44,624 nt of DNA, taken from NCBI GenBank assembly GCA_902586395.1, contig CACIHL010000001.1, positions 1 through 44,624 on the forward strand, written 5' to 3'. Position 1 is the first letter of the stretch; each line of letters begins with the position of its first letter. This DNA is from an uncultured Pelagibacteraceae bacterium (GTDB lineage: Bacteria > Pseudomonadota > Alphaproteobacteria > Pelagibacterales > Pelagibacteraceae). Below the pieces are notes generated by a model that was not told where the DNA came from, did no database searches, and worked only from the letters and a program-made list of their open reading frames with translations. Both the position numbers and the translations under genes were made by a program. Below, piece after piece: positions 11,688 to 22,791 of this stretch.

Positions 11688-11764
11688 TGGTGCGCCTGCT
11701 AGGAGTCGAACCCAGAACCTCCTGATCCGAAGTCAGGCGCTCTATCCAGTTGAGCTACAAGCGC
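11688..11764 (-). tRNA. tRNA-Arg (anticodon UCG)
   Basis: Reverse complement folds as GCGCTTG-TA-GCTC-AACTGGATA-GAGC-G-CCTGA-CT[TCG]GA-TCAGG-AGGTT-CTGGG-TTCGACT-CCTAG-CAGGCGC-ACCA; 77 nt with encoded CCA. Confidence 0.96.
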
Positions 11765-11787
11765 ATATAGTATTAATATTATAATTT

Positions 11788-12765
11788 ATGAAAAATATCA
11801 TTAAGTTTATTGTTAAGGATAATGAAAACAATCAAAGAGTTGATTTATTTTTATCAAACAACAAAAAAGAACTCAGCAGGACTAGAGTTAAAAATTTGAT
11901 TTTAAACCAAAGATTGTTGATAAATGAAAAAATTTGCACCGACCCATCAAAAAAAGTTAATGAAAATGACAATATAAAACTTGAAATACCTGAGCCACAG
12001 AAAGCTTCTTTAGAACCATTTGATTTCAAACTTAATATCATTTATGAGGATAAAGATTTAATGGTAATAAACAAACCTGCCGGGATATCTATGCATCCTG
12101 GAGCTGGGGACTACAATAAAACATTGGTAAATGCCTTAATATTTTATGATAGTAAAAATCTTTCAACTATTGGTGATGAACTTAGACCGGGAATCGTTCA
12201 TAGAATTGATAAAGATACATCTGGTTTAGTTGTGATTGCGAAAAATAATAGAACACACGAAAAATTATCTAGTCAATTTAGCGACCATACAATTAGAAGA
12301 GTTTACCAAACCCTTGTATGGGGAAAGCTAAGGCCTCAAACTGGTAGAATTGAAACATTGATTACAAGAAGCTCAAAAAATAGACAATTAATGCAGGTTG
12401 GTCTTACTAAAGGAAAAAATGCAATTACTAATTATAAAACCTTGGAAATTTTTGAAAATAAAAAAATACCAACTTTTAGTTTAATTGAGTGTAGATTGGA
12501 AACTGGTAGAACCCATCAAATTAGAGTTCACATGAGTTACAAAGGTAATAATATTTTAGGAGACAAAAAATATAAAAAAAAATTCAAAAAATTCAGAAAT
12601 ATTAATGATGATTTAAATAATCTAATTCTTAAACTAGATCGACAATTCTTACATGCAAAAACTCTTGGGTTCAATCATCCCTCAAAAAATAAGGAGGTCG
12701 AATTTACATCAAATTTACCTCAAGATTTAAATACGCTGTTAAAAAAGCTTAGAAATTCGAAGTAA
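11788..12765 (+). CDS. rluD: RluA/RluD family 23S rRNA pseudouridine synthase
   Basis: N-terminal S4 domain, INKPAG, HRIDKDTSG (catalytic Asp) and TGRTHQIRVH. Confidence 0.93.
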   Translation: MKNIIKFIVKDNENNQRVDLFLSNNKKELSRTRVKNLILNQRLLINEKICTDPSKKVNENDNIKLEIPEPQKASLEPFDFKLNIIYEDKDLMVINKPAGISMHPGAGDYNKTLVNALIFYDSKNLSTIGDELRPGIVHRIDKDTSGLVVIAKNNRTHEKLSSQFSDHTIRRVYQTLVWGKLRPQTGRIETLITRSSKNRQLMQVGLTKGKNAITNYKTLEIFENKKIPTFSLIECRLETGRTHQIRVHMSYKGNNILGDKKYKKKFKKFRNINDDLNNLILKLDRQFLHAKTLGFNHPSKNKEVEFTSNLPQDLNTLLKKLRNSK

Positions 12766-12813
12766 TTACAATATTGCAAAAAATTAATTATTTATTAAAT
12801 ACATAGTAATAAA

Positions 12814-13701
12814 ATGACATCTACATTCAAATACCCTGCTATAAGCAATGAAGGCGGTCTGTCAGTATACTTAGACCAGATAAAAAAATTTCCAATGCTT
12901 GATGCTGAAGAAGAATATATGCTTGCTAAAAATTGGAAAACTACAGGAAATGTTAAATCAGCTGAAAAACTTGTGACAAGCCATTTAAGATTGGTTGCAA
13001 AAATTGCGATGAGGTACAAAGGTTATGGATTGCCAATGAATGAAATTATTTCTGAGGGAAATGTAGGATTAATGCAGGCAGTGAAAAAATTTGAACCTGA
13101 AAAGGGTTTTAGATTGGCAACTTATGCTATGTGGTGGATTAAGGCATCGATACAAGAATATATTTTAAGATCTTGGAGTTTAGTAAAAATTGGTACAACT
13201 ACAGCACAAAAGAAATTATTTTTTAATTTAAAAAAATTAAAAAATCAAATAGCCCCAAAAAATGAAGGTGATCTAAAAAAAGATGAGGTAGAAAAAATTG
13301 CGAATACGCTTGATGTGAGTGAAGATGAAGTTATTTCAATGAATAGAAGGTTGTCCGGCAAAGAACAATCCTTGAACGCTCCGATTGGTGAGGATGGTGA
13401 TGAGTGGCAAGACTGGGTTGTTGATAAAGAAATGGATCAAGAATTAAAAATAGCTCATCAAGAGGAACTTGACCAAAGAAAAGATTTGCTTCAGGACTCT
13501 ATAAAAATACTAAATGATAGAGAGAAAGAGATTCTTTATGCAAGAAGATTAAATGAAAATCCATCAACACTCGAAGACTTAAGTAAAAAATATAAAATTA
13601 GTAGAGAAAGAATAAGACAAATTGAAAACAAAGCTTTTGAAAAACTACAAAAGCATATGCTTAATTCAGCAAAATCAAAAAATTTACTTCCAGTAAATTA
13701 A
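12814..13701 (+). CDS. rpoH: RNA polymerase sigma factor RpoH (sigma-32)
   Basis: RpoH box [21 protein letters not shown] and SRERIRQIE; rluD-rpoH synteny. Confidence 0.96.
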   Translation: MTSTFKYPAISNEGGLSVYLDQIKKFPMLDAEEEYMLAKNWKTTGNVKSAEKLVTSHLRLVAKIAMRYKGYGLPMNEIISEGNVGLMQAVKKFEPEKGFRLATYAMWWIKASIQEYILRSWSLVKIGTTTAQKKLFFNLKKLKNQIAPKNEGDLKKDEVEKIANTLDVSEDEVISMNRRLSGKEQSLNAPIGEDGDEWQDWVVDKEMDQELKIAHQEELDQRKDLLQDSIKILNDREKEILYARRLNENPSTLEDLSKKYKISRERIRQIENKAFEKLQKHMLNSAKSKNLLPVN

Positions 13702-14990
13702 ATTTTAAAAGGATCTTCGATTAAAATTGTATCGTTTCTCTCAGGGCTTGTTGAAATGCTTGAAACCTTTGTTTCAATAAATTTTTCAAGCTCTTTAATA
13801 TAAATTTTTGCATTCTCCGGCAATTTTTCAAAATTTTTGATTCCTTTTGTTGAAGATTTCCAACCTTTAAAGCTTTTATAAATTGGCTTAACTTTTAATT
13901 GATCATCTACAGCAGCGGGCAAATAGTCAACCTTTTTGCCATCCAGTTCATAAGCTACACACATTTTGATTTCTTCTAGTTCGTCTAAAACATCTAGTTT
14001 GGTTAATGCTATTCCATTAATACCTGAGACTTTAATCGTTTGTCTTACCAAAACACCGTCAAACCAACCACATCTTCTTTTTCTGCTAGTAACAGTTCCA
14101 AACTCTTTTCCTATTTTACCGAGATGTTCTCCAGTTTCATTTTTCAACTCAGTTGGGAAAGGACCCTCGCCTACCCTTGTCGTGTAGGCTTTTGTGATAC
14201 CAAGAACATAACCAATTGTATTTGGTCCACACCCTGAGCCTGTTGCTGCTGAAGATGCAACTGTATTTGATGAAGTTACAAAAGGATAAGTGCCATGATC
14301 TACGTCTAACAAAATTCCTTGTGCACCTTCAAATAAAATTTTCTTTCCTTCGTTTTTAAATTCATCAATCTTTTTCCAGACGGGCTTTGAAAAATTCAAT
14401 ATTTGGGGTGCAATTTCAAGAAGTTCCTTTTTCAACTTATTTTTTTCAAACAATTCTTTTCCTAAACCTTTTCTTATTGCATTATGGTGCATTAAAACAG
14501 TTTCAAGCCTATGATCTAAATTTTTTTCAGAAATTAAATCCATTACCCTGATTGATCGTCTCCCTACTTTGTCTTCATATGCTGGTCCTATACCTCTTCT
14601 TGTGGTGCCAATTTTTGCTTTTCCTGCTGCATCTTCTCTTATTTCATCCATTTCTTTGTGAAAAGGTAAAATTAAATTGGCTGACTCTGACAAAATTAAA
14701 TTTTCTTCAGATATCTCTACTCCTTTTAATTTTATCTCTTTTATTTCATCTAATAATGCCCATGGATCAACTACAACCCCGTTACCAATAATTGATATTT
14801 TATCTTTTCTAACAATTCCTGAAGGAAGTAATCTTAATTTATAAGTAACTCCATCTATTACTAACGTATGTCCAGCATTGTGTCCGCCCTGAAATCTTAC
14901 AACTACATCTGCTTCACTTGAGAGCCAATCAACAATTTTTCCTTTTCCTTCATCACCCCACTGAGAACCGACAACAGCTACATTTTTCAT
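13698..14990 (-). CDS. purA: Adenylosuccinate synthetase
   Basis: [25 protein letters not shown] and EGAQG motifs. Confidence 0.98.
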   Translation of the reverse strand: MKNVAVVGSQWGDEGKGKIVDWLSSEADVVVRFQGGHNAGHTLVIDGVTYKLRLLPSGIVRKDKISIIGNGVVVDPWALLDEIKEIKLKGVEISEENLILSESANLILPFHKEMDEIREDAAGKAKIGTTRRGIGPAYEDKVGRRSIRVMDLISEKNLDHRLETVLMHHNAIRKGLGKELFEKNKLKKELLEIAPQILNFSKPVWKKIDEFKNEGKKILFEGAQGILLDVDHGTYPFVTSSNTVASSAATGSGCGPNTIGYVLGITKAYTTRVGEGPFPTELKNETGEHLGKIGKEFGTVTSRKRRCGWFDGVLVRQTIKVSGINGIALTKLDVLDELEEIKMCVAYELDGKKVDYLPAAVDDQLKVKPIYKSFKGWKSSTKGIKNFEKLPENAKIYIKELEKFIETKVSSISTSPERNDTILIEDPFKI

Positions 14991-15799
14991 TTAAATTTAT
15001 TCTTAATATTAAACACGCTTATATGGTTTATTGGCCCATAGCCTTTTCCAAAATTAGGCCCTGATCCGATTGAATGGTTAACATAATTAATCGCCATCTT
15101 ACAAGATTTCTTTAATGTTTTTCCACACGAAAAATAAGTCGCTATCGCACTAGATAAAGTACATCCTGTACCATGTGTATTTTTTGTTTTGATTTTTTTA
15201 CTTTTAAAAAATTCTTTTTCACCTTTATGCAAATAAAGATCATAAACATATTTTGCTTTTAAATGACCCCCTTTTATTAAAACATTTTTTGCTCCGAAAC
15301 TTAATAATTTTTTTCCAGCTATAATCATATCATCTGTTGTTTTAATTTTTATTTTAGCAAGTATTTCTGCCTCTGGTATATTTGGTGTAATTAAAGATAC
15401 CCTATTCATTAATTTAGTTCTTATTATTTCTATTGATTTATCATCAACTAATTTTGTGCCACCTTTCGCTACCATCACTGGATCTAGAATAATTTTTTTT
15501 ACTTTAATTTTCTTTAAAGAATTTATTACTGTTTCAATAACTTTTTTTGAGTGTAACATTCCAATCTTTATAGCATCAGGCCTGATATCTTTTGAGGTGA
15601 ATTCAATTTGCCTTTTAATTTCATTGATTGGAACTTTTGAAATCGACAAAACTCCTGTCGTATTTTGTGAAGTTATTGCAGTAACAGCTGTCATTGCATA
15701 AGAGCCAAGACTTGTAATGGTTTTAATATCTGCTTGAATACCTGCGCCCCCGGAAGAGTCTGAGCCCGCAATAACTAATATTTTAGATTTAAGTTTCAA
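14987..15799 (-). CDS. thiD: Hydroxymethylpyrimidine/phosphomethylpyrimidine kinase
   Basis: [25 protein letters not shown] and HGTGCTLS motifs; TTG start. Confidence 0.95.
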   Translation of the reverse strand: MKLKSKILVIAGSDSSGGAGIQADIKTITSLGSYAMTAVTAITSQNTTGVLSISKVPINEIKRQIEFTSKDIRPDAIKIGMLHSKKVIETVINSLKKIKVKKIILDPVMVAKGGTKLVDDKSIEIIRTKLMNRVSLITPNIPEAEILAKIKIKTTDDMIIAGKKLLSFGAKNVLIKGGHLKAKYVYDLYLHKGEKEFFKSKKIKTKNTHGTGCTLSSAIATYFSCGKTLKKSCKMAINYVNHSIGSGPNFGKGYGPINHISVFNIKNKFK

Positions 15800-15800
15800 T

Positions 15801-17132
15801 TTATTTAACAGACCTTTTTACAATATTTATACATTTTTTTAATAAATGAATATTGTTTGACTCGCCCATAATTCTGATTTTAGGCTCTGTGCCAGATTTT
15901 CTTACAAGCATTCTACCATAATTTTTAATTATTCTTTCAGATTTTTTAATAGCAACTTTACACTTAGTAGAATTAATAATTGATTTATCTTTAACCTTTA
16001 CATTTTCTAATATTTGAGGTGTTAATTTAAATAAGTTAAAAAGCTCACTCGCCTTTTTACCTTTTCTCATTGAAAATAGAATTTCTAGTGCAACTAGTAG
16101 CCCATCACCTGTTGTTGCAAATTTGCCAAGTATAATGTGCCCAGATTGTTCTCCGCCTAAATTAAAGTTTTCTTTTTGCATTTTTTCCTTAACATATCTG
16201 TCTCCTACATTAGCTCTGACAAATTTAATTTTTTGATCTCTAAAAAAGTTTTGTAATCCATAATTTGACATTAGGGTGCCAATTACACCACCTTTTAGAA
16301 TTTTCTTTCTTTTCCATCTGGTTGCTAGCATTGCAATAATTTTATCACCATCAACAATGTTGCCCTTCTCGTCAGATACAATTATTCTGTCTGCATCGCC
16401 ATCTAAAGATATTCCAATATGCGCTTTGTTTTTTCGAACTAAAGATTTGATCTTTTGCGGAAAGGTTGAGCCACAATTATCATTAATATTTAAACCATTT
16501 GGAGAAGTCCCATACTCAATTACTTTTGCACCCAAGCTCCTTAATAATTTTGGTCCAGATTTATAACCTGCTCCGTTGGCACAATCTATTGCAATTTTCA
16601 TTCCTTTTAACTTAAAACTTCTTGGAAAATTATCTTTTAATATTTTTATATATTTATCATTTGCATCCTCTAATCTCTTTACTCTTCCTAAAATTTTTGG
16701 TTCAGAAAGATTTTTTGCTATTTTAGAGTCAATTAGTTTTTCTATTTTCTTTTCAATTTTGTCAGAGAGTTTTAGGCCATCTGGTCCAAATAATTTAAGT
16801 CCATTATCATGATATGGATTATGAGATGCTGTAATCATAATTCCCATATTTGCTTTCATCTTTTTTGTTAACATCGCTAATCCATTTGTTGGTAAAGGTC
16901 CAAGCGTATAGACATGCATTCCTGCTGATGCCAATCCCGATACTAATGCGGGCTCAAGAGTATATCCTGAGAGTCTTGTGTCTTTTGCAATAATAGCTGT
17001 TTGTTTTGATTTTTTCTGATTTTTAAAATATGTCCCTGCTGCAAGACCAAATTTAAAGAACATTTCACCATTAATTTTGGTTTGGTTAACCTTCCCTCTA
17101 ATCCCATCGGTTCCAAAATATTTTTTTGTCAT
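15801..17132 (-). CDS. glmM: Phosphoglucosamine mutase
   Basis: FGTDGIRG, TASHNP, DGDADR and GGEQSGH motifs; ftsH-folP-glmM synteny. Confidence 0.97.
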   Translation of the reverse strand: MTKKYFGTDGIRGKVNQTKINGEMFFKFGLAAGTYFKNQKKSKQTAIIAKDTRLSGYTLEPALVSGLASAGMHVYTLGPLPTNGLAMLTKKMKANMGIMITASHNPYHDNGLKLFGPDGLKLSDKIEKKIEKLIDSKIAKNLSEPKILGRVKRLEDANDKYIKILKDNFPRSFKLKGMKIAIDCANGAGYKSGPKLLRSLGAKVIEYGTSPNGLNINDNCGSTFPQKIKSLVRKNKAHIGISLDGDADRIIVSDEKGNIVDGDKIIAMLATRWKRKKILKGGVIGTLMSNYGLQNFFRDQKIKFVRANVGDRYVKEKMQKENFNLGGEQSGHIILGKFATTGDGLLVALEILFSMRKGKKASELFNLFKLTPQILENVKVKDKSIINSTKCKVAIKKSERIIKNYGRMLVRKSGTEPKIRIMGESNNIHLLKKCINIVKRSVK

Positions 17133-17133
17133 T

Positions 17134-18183
17134 TTAAAATTTTAGTGATTTAAAAACTTTGATACTTTGATTAACTTCATTTACATCGTGGACTCTTAAA
17201 ATCTGAATGCCCTGCATCATAGCACACAAACTAGATGATATAGTTCCCCCTAATCTTTCTTTGCTATCGTTTACCCCAGAAATATCTTTAATAAATCTTT
17301 TTCTAGAAGTGCCTAACATTACAGGATATCCAAGAGAATGAAAAATAGAAATGTTTCTTAATAAGGTAATATTATGTTTCAATCTTTTTCCAAAACCAAT
17401 TCCTGGATCCAAAATAATGTTTTTATGATTTATACCGTTGACTTTAAGTTCTAAAATTTTTTTTTGGAAGAAGTCATAAATATCTAGCAAGACGTTTTTA
17501 TACGAAGGTTTAATTTGCATTGTTTTTGGATTACCCTGCATATGATGAATTATAAAGGGGGTTTTTTTATTTCTTAGGATTTTTAATGTATTAAGATCGT
17601 AATTGAGTCCGGAAACATCATTAATGATATGGGCACCATATTTTAAACTTTTTTTCATTATGGCACTTTTTCGAGTGTCAATAGATATTACATTTTTTAA
17701 TTTTTTTGTTTTTTTTAATACCTCCTTAATCCTTTTCCACTCAATTTTTTCATTTACATCATTTGATCCTGGTCTTGTGGACTCTCCCCCTATATCAATA
17801 ATTGATGATCCTTTTTCAATAAAATGTTTTATTCTTTTTAAAGCATCTTTATGATTATTATATTTTCCACCATCTGAAAAACTATCAGGAGTTAAATTAA
17901 CAACTCCCATTATTAGAGGTAAAGACTTAAACTTTAGTTTAGAAAAGTTTTTTTTTTTAGTTATATTTTTTATATCTAATTTTACTTTTTTTTTTAAATT
18001 TTTACTTAAAAAATTTAGTTTTGAAATGTGGATTCTTTTTTTCTTTTTTCTTGTTATAAGTTCTATTGTATCAAAAGAAATTTTATTATTTCCATTAAGT
18101 GGGAGAGCAAGTTTTTTATTGACCATCAGGGTTGAGTGGTCACCATAATAGAAATTACACGCTCTAGTGTAATATTTTAACAT
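17134..18183 (-). CDS. folP: Dihydropteroate synthase with N-terminal extension
   Basis: MGVVNLTPDSFSDGG, IGGESTRPG, DPGIGFGK, SRK and RVHDV motifs. Confidence 0.96.
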   Translation of the reverse strand: MLKYYTRACNFYYGDHSTLMVNKKLALPLNGNNKISFDTIELITRKKKKRIHISKLNFLSKNLKKKVKLDIKNITKKKNFSKLKFKSLPLIMGVVNLTPDSFSDGGKYNNHKDALKRIKHFIEKGSSIIDIGGESTRPGSNDVNEKIEWKRIKEVLKKTKKLKNVISIDTRKSAIMKKSLKYGAHIINDVSGLNYDLNTLKILRNKKTPFIIHHMQGNPKTMQIKPSYKNVLLDIYDFFQKKILELKVNGINHKNIILDPGIGFGKRLKHNITLLRNISIFHSLGYPVMLGTSRKRFIKDISGVNDSKERLGGTISSSLCAMMQGIQILRVHDVNEVNQSIKVFKSLKF

Positions 18184-18189
18184 TAAATA

Positions 18190-20097
18190 TTAATGAACAA
18201 TTTTTGGTTTTAAACCAATTGATCCTAAAGCAGAGTCAGAACTTTCATCCTCAACTTTTAAATCTTCCTTATTAGGCGGATATTCGTTTTTGTTAATTAT
18301 TTTTGCTATATCCTCACCAGTCAATGTTTCGTAAGTTAAAAGAGCTTTTGCTATTTTATGCAAATCATCAATTTTGTTTGTTAAAATTGTTTTTGCTTGA
18401 TTGTAACCTTCGTCAACAAGTTTTCTTATTTCTCTATCAATTTTTTGAGCAACAGCCTCTGAAACACTTTGTGTTTGTGTTACAGATCTTCCAAGGAAAA
18501 CCTCCTCTTGATTTTCACCATATTCAACAGGACCAAGTTCCTCACTCATTCCATACTTTGTAACCATAGCTCTTGCTAATGAGGTTGCTTGGTTAATGTC
18601 TGAACCATTTCCCCCACCTGCACCTGTTGATATATTATCTTTACCAAATATAAGTTCTTCGGCAACTCTTCCTCCAAAGCACACAGCCAATCTTGCTTTC
18701 AGATATTTAATAGAGTGACCATGTTTATCTCTTTCTGGTAGATTCATGACCATTCCTAACGCTCTTCCTCTAGGAATGATTGTTGCTTTATGAATTGGGT
18801 CGTAATTTGGCAAGTTAAAAGAAACTATTGCATGTCCACCTTCGTGATAAGCAGTTAATTTCTTCTCATCTTCCGTCATGACCATAGATCTTCTTTCAGC
18901 ACCCATCATCACCTTGTCTTTTGCATCTTCAAATTCTTGAGATGTTACAATTCTTTTATTTTTTCTCGCAGCTAACAATGCAGCCTCGTTAACTAAATTA
19001 GCAAGATCTGCTCCTGAAAATCCAGGTGTACCTCTTGCGACAGTTCTTAAATTTACATCTGGAGACATAGAAATTTTTTTAGCATGAACTTTTAAAATCT
19101 TTTCTCGACCTATAATATCTGGATTTGAAACTACAACTTGTCTATCAAATCTTCCTGGTCTTAAAAGCGCTGGATCTAAAACGTCAGGTCTGTTAGTTGC
19201 AGCAATAATTATTACACCCTCATTTGTATCAAATCCATCCATCTCAACTAGTAATTGGTTTAATGTTTGTTCTCTTTCATCATTGCCTCCACCTAAGCCT
19301 GCGCCTCTACTTCTTCCAACAGCATCTATCTCGTCAATGAAAATTATGCATGGTGAATGTTTTTTACCTTGTTCAAACATATCTCTAACTCTTGAAGCAC
19401 CAACTCCAACAAACATTTCAACAAAGTCTGATCCAGAAATCGTGAAGAAAGGAACACCTGCTTCACCGGCAATAGCTCTAGCAAGTAAAGTTTTTCCTGT
19501 ACCTGGAGGTCCTACTAATAAACAACCTCTTGGTATCTTACCACCCAATCTACTAAATTTTTTTGGATCTCTCAAAAATTCTACCACTTCTTGAACTTCC
19601 TCTTTCGCTTCCTCAACTCCAGCAACATCGTTAAAAGTAACTTTCCCTTTAATCTCATTCATCATCTTTGCTTTTGATCTTCCAAATCCCATTGCACCAC
19701 CTTTACCACCTTGCATTTGTCTCATAAAGAATATCCAAACGGCGATTAAAAGTAACATTGGGAACCACGATAAAAGAACTCCAAACAAAGATGGCATTTT
19801 CTCATCAAGTGGAGCTGCAGATATACTTACACCTTTATCGGTTAATTTTTCTATTAAGTTTGGATCGTTCGGTGAGTATGTTGAAAAAACCGATCCATCG
19901 GCCATAACACCTTTAATATTGTTACCTTGTATCTGAACTTCTACAACCCTTCCATTATCAACCTCTGTTAAAAATTCGGAGAAAATAATTGTTTTATTAT
20001 TTTTGTTTTGAAGATTTTGTGGATTCTTGAACATGTTGTAAAGACCTATAGTCAAAACAACAATAATCACCCACATAGCAAGATTCTTTAAATTCAT
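18190..20097 (-). CDS. ftsH: ATP-dependent zinc metalloprotease FtsH
   Basis: Two N-terminal TM segments, [27 protein letters not shown] and the HEGGH zinc motif. Confidence 0.98.
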   Translation of the reverse strand: MNLKNLAMWVIIVVLTIGLYNMFKNPQNLQNKNNKTIIFSEFLTEVDNGRVVEVQIQGNNIKGVMADGSVFSTYSPNDPNLIEKLTDKGVSISAAPLDEKMPSLFGVLLSWFPMLLLIAVWIFFMRQMQGGKGGAMGFGRSKAKMMNEIKGKVTFNDVAGVEEAKEEVQEVVEFLRDPKKFSRLGGKIPRGCLLVGPPGTGKTLLARAIAGEAGVPFFTISGSDFVEMFVGVGASRVRDMFEQGKKHSPCIIFIDEIDAVGRSRGAGLGGGNDEREQTLNQLLVEMDGFDTNEGVIIIAATNRPDVLDPALLRPGRFDRQVVVSNPDIIGREKILKVHAKKISMSPDVNLRTVARGTPGFSGADLANLVNEAALLAARKNKRIVTSQEFEDAKDKVMMGAERRSMVMTEDEKKLTAYHEGGHAIVSFNLPNYDPIHKATIIPRGRALGMVMNLPERDKHGHSIKYLKARLAVCFGGRVAEELIFGKDNISTGAGGGNGSDINQATSLARAMVTKYGMSEELGPVEYGENQEEVFLGRSVTQTQSVSEAVAQKIDREIRKLVDEGYNQAKTILTNKIDDLHKIAKALLTYETLTGEDIAKIINKNEYPPNKEDLKVEDESSDSALGSIGLKPKIVH

Positions 20098-20158
20098 AAT
20101 ATGATAAGTTAAGAATTATTCTAAATTTAACAAGTGCTAAATTGTTACATAAATGAGT

Positions 20159-21223
20159 TTATTTTGTGTTTTCCTTAGAAATAACTACTGAATTCTCTAT
20201 TTTTTCAATAACACATCCTCCTATAGTTGCTTTGGTCAAGGATTTTTGTTTAATTTGATTAATAATCCTTGAGACACCCTTGCCTCTAGCGGGAAAATAT
20301 CTGCCGCTAATATCTTGTAAAATTTTTGTAAAGGACCTTAAAATTATTTCATCAGTACTACTAAAAAACTTTAAAGATAAGATTGCTTTATTATTATTAT
20401 TTTTTGATGGACTGATATAAGAATTCTCATTGATGTTTTCTTGTACAAAAAATTCAATTGAGTTATTTGAGGATATTAAATTTTCAAAAGTCATTTTAAA
20501 CTTTTTTTGATCAAGGCCATTTTTTTTAAGATTGTTAATCATAAACCTTACCCGTGATCTCAAATACTCTAAGCTTCTATTTGATGGATCATCTATATAG
20601 AAGTTAAAGGTATTTTTAGTCACGTACAATAAATCTTCTTTTGAAAAATCAAGTAATGGTCTAACAATATTGATTTTATTTCTTTGCAAATTTCTATAAT
20701 TATAAAAAGATACAAGTCCCTTAAGACCAGAGCCCCTTAATAATCTGATGAAGAAATTTTCTTGAAAATCATCAAAATGGTGGCCTAATAATAATGTATT
20801 AATTTTTTTTGTTTTGCAAAAACCTTCGAATACCTTAAATCTGTAATCTCTAGACTCTGATTGAGTTTTTTTAGTATTTATCTTTTTTTTCCACGTAATT
20901 ATCTTGCACTCAATTCTAAATTTTCTTAAGATCTTTTTTAAAGTCCCGGCCTCCTTCGAGGATTTATCTCTTAGTTTATGATCTACATGAACAAAGTGAA
21001 AGTTATTATCTTTATTTTTAATTTGATAACATTTTGAAAGATATGCTAAAGCAAGACTGTCTGCACCCCCTGATACTGCAACTAAGTACCCTTTGAATTC
21101 TTTCTTTTTAATTAAAAATTCAAATCTTTGATAGATTTTTTTTATTCTTTTATTTCTTATTTGAGGACTAAAAACTGAATTTTTAAGATTTTTTCTTTTT
21201 ACACTCGAACTTTTTTTCTTCAT
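20159..21223 (-). CDS. tilS: tRNA(Ile)-lysidine synthase
   Basis: PP-loop SGGADS, HH.DD..E, RPLL and DPSN motifs. Likely start is the ATG at 21223, overlapping the end of cpoB by 41 bp. Confidence 0.93.
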   Translation of the reverse strand: MKKKSSSVKRKNLKNSVFSPQIRNKRIKKIYQRFEFLIKKKEFKGYLVAVSGGADSLALAYLSKCYQIKNKDNNFHFVHVDHKLRDKSSKEAGTLKKILRKFRIECKIITWKKKINTKKTQSESRDYRFKVFEGFCKTKKINTLLLGHHFDDFQENFFIRLLRGSGLKGLVSFYNYRNLQRNKINIVRPLLDFSKEDLLYVTKNTFNFYIDDPSNRSLEYLRSRVRFMINNLKKNGLDQKKFKMTFENLISSNNSIEFFVQENINENSYISPSKNNNNKAILSLKFFSSTDEIILRSFTKILQDISGRYFPARGKGVSRIINQIKQKSLTKATIGGCVIEKIENSVVISKENTK

Positions 21224-22139
21224 ATTTTGCTTTTTGAAGAACTGATTGTTTTGCATCAGGATATTCTTTTTTAACTCCCGTAATCATTAAACACCCTTGA
21301 TCTTTTTCTCCAATTTGCACTAATGATACTCCAAGCTTAAGTAAATTTATAGCTGCTTTTTCACTTTTAGGATATTTTTGATAACCTTCTAAGTAAGCGG
21401 AAGCAGCATCTGTATAAAGTTGTCTAATTCTAAATGTTTCTGCATACCAATATTGTGCGCTACCTGCCATTTTATGTTCAGGATTTGTCATTACAAATTC
21501 TCTAAGCGCTCTTTCTGCTGTCGTATAGTCTCCTTGTTTTAAAAAGCTAGTAGCAAACTCGTATTGTTTGCCGGGTTTGTCATTAGGTAAGATTTTTTCC
21601 TCTGACACAAATTTTTCAGTTATGACTGTACCAGTTGTATCTATTGATTGAGTTTGTTGTGTTAATTCATTTGTTTCTGATGACTTGTAAGATACTGCGC
21701 CAAGATCTTGCGGTTGAGAAGAGCCAGGTAAAACTTTTTTCTTAGATGTAACTTTTTTATTAATGTCCTCGCCCTCTAAATTTTGAAACCTCAATTGATT
21801 ATCTGCTTGAACTTTTGATAATCTGCTTGATAATTTATCGATTTTAAAATTTATTTCCTCAAATTTATTTGTCAAATCTTGAAATTGTTTTTCTATTTCA
21901 GACAATTTTAATAAATGTCTTGTAAGCACATCTTCATCATTTGAGCTTAATTTTGTTTTGCTAGATGTAATTATATCTGAAGACTGTGAATAAACAGCTT
22001 TTTCTAAAGTTTTTAAATCTTTTTGTAATGTTTTTATTACTTCTAAAGTTTCTGTTTCTTCTGCTTTAACAAAAATAATTGAAAAAAGAAATATTATTAA
22101 AATTAATATGCTTTTATTTATATACTCTAAAAATTTCAT
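21183..22139 (-). CDS. cpoB: Tol-Pal system coiled-coil/TPR protein CpoB (YbgF)
   Basis: Signal peptide, coiled coil and C-terminal TPR (AQYWYAE..YLEGYQKYPKS..LLKLG); lies between pal and tilS. Confidence 0.9.
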   Translation of the reverse strand: MKFLEYINKSILILIIFLFSIIFVKAEETETLEVIKTLQKDLKTLEKAVYSQSSDIITSSKTKLSSNDEDVLTRHLLKLSEIEKQFQDLTNKFEEINFKIDKLSSRLSKVQADNQLRFQNLEGEDINKKVTSKKKVLPGSSQPQDLGAVSYKSSETNELTQQTQSIDTTGTVITEKFVSEEKILPNDKPGKQYEFATSFLKQGDYTTAERALREFVMTNPEHKMAGSAQYWYAETFRIRQLYTDAASAYLEGYQKYPKSEKAAINLLKLGVSLVQIGEKDQGCLMITGVKKEYPDAKQSVLQKAKYEEKKFECKKKKS

Positions 22140-22166
22140 TAGTTAATTTCTATCTATAATGATGGC

Positions 22167-22203
22167 AAAAAAAAGACCCCAACAACTTATGTTATTGGGG
22201 TCT
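22167..22203 (-). terminator. Intrinsic terminator after pal
   Basis: Minus strand reads AGACCCCAATAAC-ATAA-GTTGTTGGGGTCT followed by a T run, 14 bp after the pal stop. Confidence 0.88.
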
Positions 22204-22217
22204 GAATTTATAAATTA

Positions 22218-22691
22218 TTAGTTAGCTTTTACTGTTACTGATCTTCTGTTTTTTGACCAAGCTAAAGGATTTGAACCAGAGTCTACTGGTCTTTCTTTTC
22301 CATAACTTATTACTGAAATTCTATTTCCAGATATTCCATAAGTCATTAAATAATCTTTAGCTGCGTTAGCTCTTCTCTCACCTAAAGCTAAGTTATATTC
22401 TCTTGTACCTCTTTCGTCAGCGTGACCTTCAAGAACTACATTTATTTTTGAATTTTTTCTTAACCATGATGCTTGTTTTCTTAATGTTTCTCTTGAAGCA
22501 GTAGTTAAAACTGTTTCATTAGTTGCGAAGAAAACTCTGTCTGGCACACCTGAAGCTAAATACTCAACTGTGTCTTTTCCAGTGTATACGTCACCTTGCA
22601 TTTTGCCTGTAGTTTTTACGGCACATGCAGATAATAGAATACTTGCAAAAAATACTAGCAAAGTATTTCTAAAAATTTTGTTTAAACTCAT
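22218..22691 (-). CDS. pal: Peptidoglycan-associated lipoprotein
   Basis: Lipobox LSAC, EGHADERGTREYNLALGERRA and NRR; AAGGAG SD. Confidence 0.97.
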   Translation of the reverse strand: MSLNKIFRNTLLVFFASILLSACAVKTTGKMQGDVYTGKDTVEYLASGVPDRVFFATNETVLTTASRETLRKQASWLRKNSKINVVLEGHADERGTREYNLALGERRANAAKDYLMTYGISGNRISVISYGKERPVDSGSNPLAWSKNRRSVTVKAN

Positions 22692-22791
22692 TACTGCTCC
22701 TTAAAAGTTAATTTTATACTTTTTCACAACTAGATAGATCTTTCAAGCTCAAAAATCAAGGAATTATTAATTTTTTTTGAAAATACCATAA

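Noticed and set aside
11680-11770. tRNA-Arg as a prophage or island attachment site
   Set aside because: No integrase and no duplicated tRNA 3' end were seen; the site appears empty.
20098-20158. RpoH or CtrA site upstream of ftsH
   Set aside because: CTTG and TTAA half-sites are present, but the spacings do not match the consensus.
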